From Bacteroidia bacterium (lineage in GTDB: Bacteria > Bacteroidota > Bacteroidia > M30B66), in NCBI GenBank assembly GCA_965279035.1, contig OZ257142.1:2057302-2121301 (forward strand): a DNA stretch of 64,000 nucleotides. The letters are read 5' to 3'. The notes below the pieces were generated by a model. It made no database searches. It was given only the letters and a program-made list of their open reading frames with translations, and was not told where the DNA came from. The position numbers and the translations under genes were made by a program. The first letter of the stretch is position 1. Each line of letters begins with the position of its first letter. Positions 62,168-64,000 of this stretch are shown here, piece after piece.

Positions 62168-62305
62168 TGAATAGTTTAAAGGATATTAACATTGATTTTG
62201 GTAAACTTTCGTGAATCCCAATCGCACAAATATATAATTTAGCGATTCTTGTCATCGGGATTTTCTTATTGATTCTCGAATTGTCAAATCATAAACTTCT
62301 TTACT

Positions 62306-62605
62306 ATGAAAGTGAATATCCAATCCGTGCATTTCAATGCCGACCAAAAATTGCTTGATTTTATTGAATCAAAACTTCAAAAACTCTCAACTCATTATGA
62401 TAAGATAATTGAAAGTGAAGTAACTCTCCGCTTAGATAATGCAAGTAATAATGAAAATAAAATTGTAGAAATCAGGCTTCATGTTCCTGGAAATGATCTT
62501 TTTGCCAAAAGACAATGTTCAACATTTGAAGAAGCCGTAGACGAATCAATAGATGCATTAAGAAACCAAATGATTAAGCATAAAGAAAAAATTCGGCAGG
62601 TCTAA
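62306..62605 (+). CDS. hpf: Ribosome hibernation promoting factor (short HPF/RaiA)
   Basis: 99 aa. MKVNIQSVHF...IEIRLHVPG matches the HPF fold pattern. Confidence 0.8.
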   Translation: MKVNIQSVHFNADQKLLDFIESKLQKLSTHYDKIIESEVTLRLDNASNNENKIVEIRLHVPGNDLFAKRQCSTFEEAVDESIDALRNQMIKHKEKIRQV

Positions 62606-62669
62606 AATTCTGATTTTAAAGATATTGATTTCTGCGATTTGATTTAAGTAGCAGAAATTTTAAAAAATG

Positions 62670-62700
62670 TTTGGTGGGAATGATTTCTTACCTACATTTG
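62670..62700 (+). promoter_or_regulatory. Putative Bacteroidetes-type promoter (-33 TTTG, -7 TACATTTG) of the tRNA-tuf operon
   Basis: TTTG at 62670-62673. 19-nt spacer. TACATTTG at 62693-62700. About 60 nt upstream of tRNA-Thr. Confidence 0.4.
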
Positions 62701-62761
62701 CACACCTTTTTTGAAGGGTGATACATGCAAGTACATGTGCCAATCTTTAAAAAAGGTAAAA

Positions 62762-62834
62762 GCCGAAGTAGCTCAGCTGGTAGAGCAGCTGATTTGTAAT
62801 CAGCTGGTCGGGGGTTCGAGTCCCTTCTTCGGCT
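62762..62834 (+). tRNA. tRNA-Thr (anticodon TGT)
   Basis: gccgaagtagctcagctggtagagcagctgatttgtaatcagctggtcgggggttcgagtcccttcttcggct. Anticodon loop uuUGUaa. Confidence 0.9.
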
Positions 62835-62876
62835 CTGTTCTTTGTAGTTATTATTTTTTATTTCTTCAAAGAGGTT

Positions 62877-62961
62877 GGGGAGATAGTCAAGCGGTCAACG
62901 ACAACAGACTGTAAATCTGTCCTCTCCGAGTTCGAAGGTTCGAATCCTTCTCTCCCCACCA
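62877..62961 (+). tRNA. tRNA-Tyr (anticodon GTA), class II with long variable arm, CCA encoded
   Basis: ggggagatagtcaagcggtc...agactgtaaatct...ggttcgaatccttctctccccacca. Confidence 0.9.
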
Positions 62962-63018
62962 AGGAAAAGAGATCAGGATGTATTGGATATCTGAATTTCA
63001 GAAAGAAAATACAAACAA

Positions 63019-63094
63019 GCGGAAGTAGCTCATTTGGTAGAGCGTCAGCCTTCCAAGCTGAGGGTAGCGAGTTCGAGCCTCGTCTTCCGCTCCA
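63019..63094 (+). tRNA. tRNA-Gly (anticodon TCC), CCA encoded
   Basis: gcggaagtagctcatttggtagagcgtcagccttccaagctgagggtagcgagttcgagcctcgtcttccgctcca. Confidence 0.9.
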
Positions 63095-63155
63095 AATCTT
63101 CTTCCCTATTTATCTGGAGTCACTAGATAAATAGGGAAGGCCTTTTCTCCTTAAA

Positions 63156-63230
63156 GCCGATGTAGCTCAGGGGTAGAGTACTTCCTTGGTAAGGAAGGGG
63201 TCACGGGTTCAAATCCCGTCATTGGCTCCA
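63156..63230 (+). tRNA. tRNA-Thr (anticodon GGT), CCA encoded
   Basis: gccgatgtagctcaggggtagagtacttccttggtaaggaaggggtcacgggttcaaatcccgtcattggctcca. Confidence 0.9.
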
Positions 63231-63310
63231 CAATACAATGAATATAACCGTTTGAAATTCAAACAACACCAAACAAACACACTCAAATCAACAAAACAAA
63301 TAAATAGCCA

Positions 63311-64000
63311 TGGCTAAAGAAAAATTCGACCGTTCCAAACCACACGTAAACATCGGAACCATTGGTCACGTTGACCACGGTAAAACAACGTTGACAGCTG
63401 CGATTACAACAGTGCTTGCGGCAGCTGGTCTGTCTGAAGCGCGTTCATTCGATTCAATTGATAATGCTCCGGAAGAAAAAGAACGTGGTATTACAATCAA
63501 TACATCACACGTTGAATATACTACAGCAAACCGTCACTACGCTCACGTTGACTGTCCAGGTCACGCGGATTATGTAAAGAACATGGTTACTGGTGCTGCC
63601 CAAATGGATGGTGCTATCCTTGTTGTTGCTGCTACTGATGGTCCAATGCCTCAAACACGTGAACACATCCTTCTTGCTCGTCAGGTTGGTGTACCTAAAC
63701 TTGTTGTATTCATGAACAAGGTGGATATGGTTGATGACGAAGAGCTTCTTGAGCTAGTTGAAATGGAAATTCGTGAGTTATTGACATTCTATCAATTTGA
63801 TGGTGATAATACTCCAATCATCCGCGGTTCAGCTCTTGGTGGATTGAATAATGATGCTAAATGGGTTCCTAAAATTCTTGAATTGATGGAAGCTGTTGAT
63901 AATTTCATTCCAATTCCTCCACGTCAGGTTGACCTTCCTTTCTTAATGCCAGTTGAAGATGTATTCTCGATCACAGGTCGTGGTACTGTTGCTACTGGTC
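63311..64000 (+). CDS. tuf: Elongation factor Tu (N-terminal 230 codons; continues past the window end)
   Basis: [33 protein letters not shown]... It follows the Thr-Tyr-Gly-Thr tRNA cluster. Confidence 0.95.

Noticed and set aside
62711-62914. 67-aa ORF
   Set aside because: It overlaps tRNA-Thr and tRNA-Tyr, so it is spurious.

Overview
AT-rich chromosomal segment that looks like a Bacteroidetes genome of the Flavobacteriia type, based on gliding/T9SS genes, an LpxC-FabZ fusion and TAnnTTTG-type promoters. Most of it is housekeeping: carB 3' part, asnB, rlmH, nadC, folC-tonB-exbD-exbB, gdh, anmK, murF, ispF, cdd, pdhA plus E2, ald, tsaE, lpxD-lpxC/fabZ-lpxA, hpf, and a tRNA-Thr-Tyr-Gly-Thr-tuf operon. 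Notable content: (i) a gliding/type IX secretion module (gldJ, porP/sprF, porU, porV, with a PorX-like REC-PglZ regulator about 9 kb away), plus a large T9SS cargo protein embedded in a polysaccharide-biosynthesis cluster (flippase, two GT4, methyltransferase); (ii) an accessory island next to tRNA-Val holding a frameshifted IS4-family transposase, two unknown ORFs, and a GIY-YIG nuclease pseudogene whose 3' end overlaps a degenerate tRNA-Val-like copy; (iii) 2.6 tandem copies of a ~255-bp structured repeat with a GC-rich tail in a convergent intergenic region, the best candidate here for an undescribed non-coding element; (iv) a HAD hydrolase gene interrupted only by two in-frame TAA codons. 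No CRISPR array, restriction-modification or other recognisable defence system was seen. All calls come from reading the sequence and ORF translations; nothing was searched against a database.
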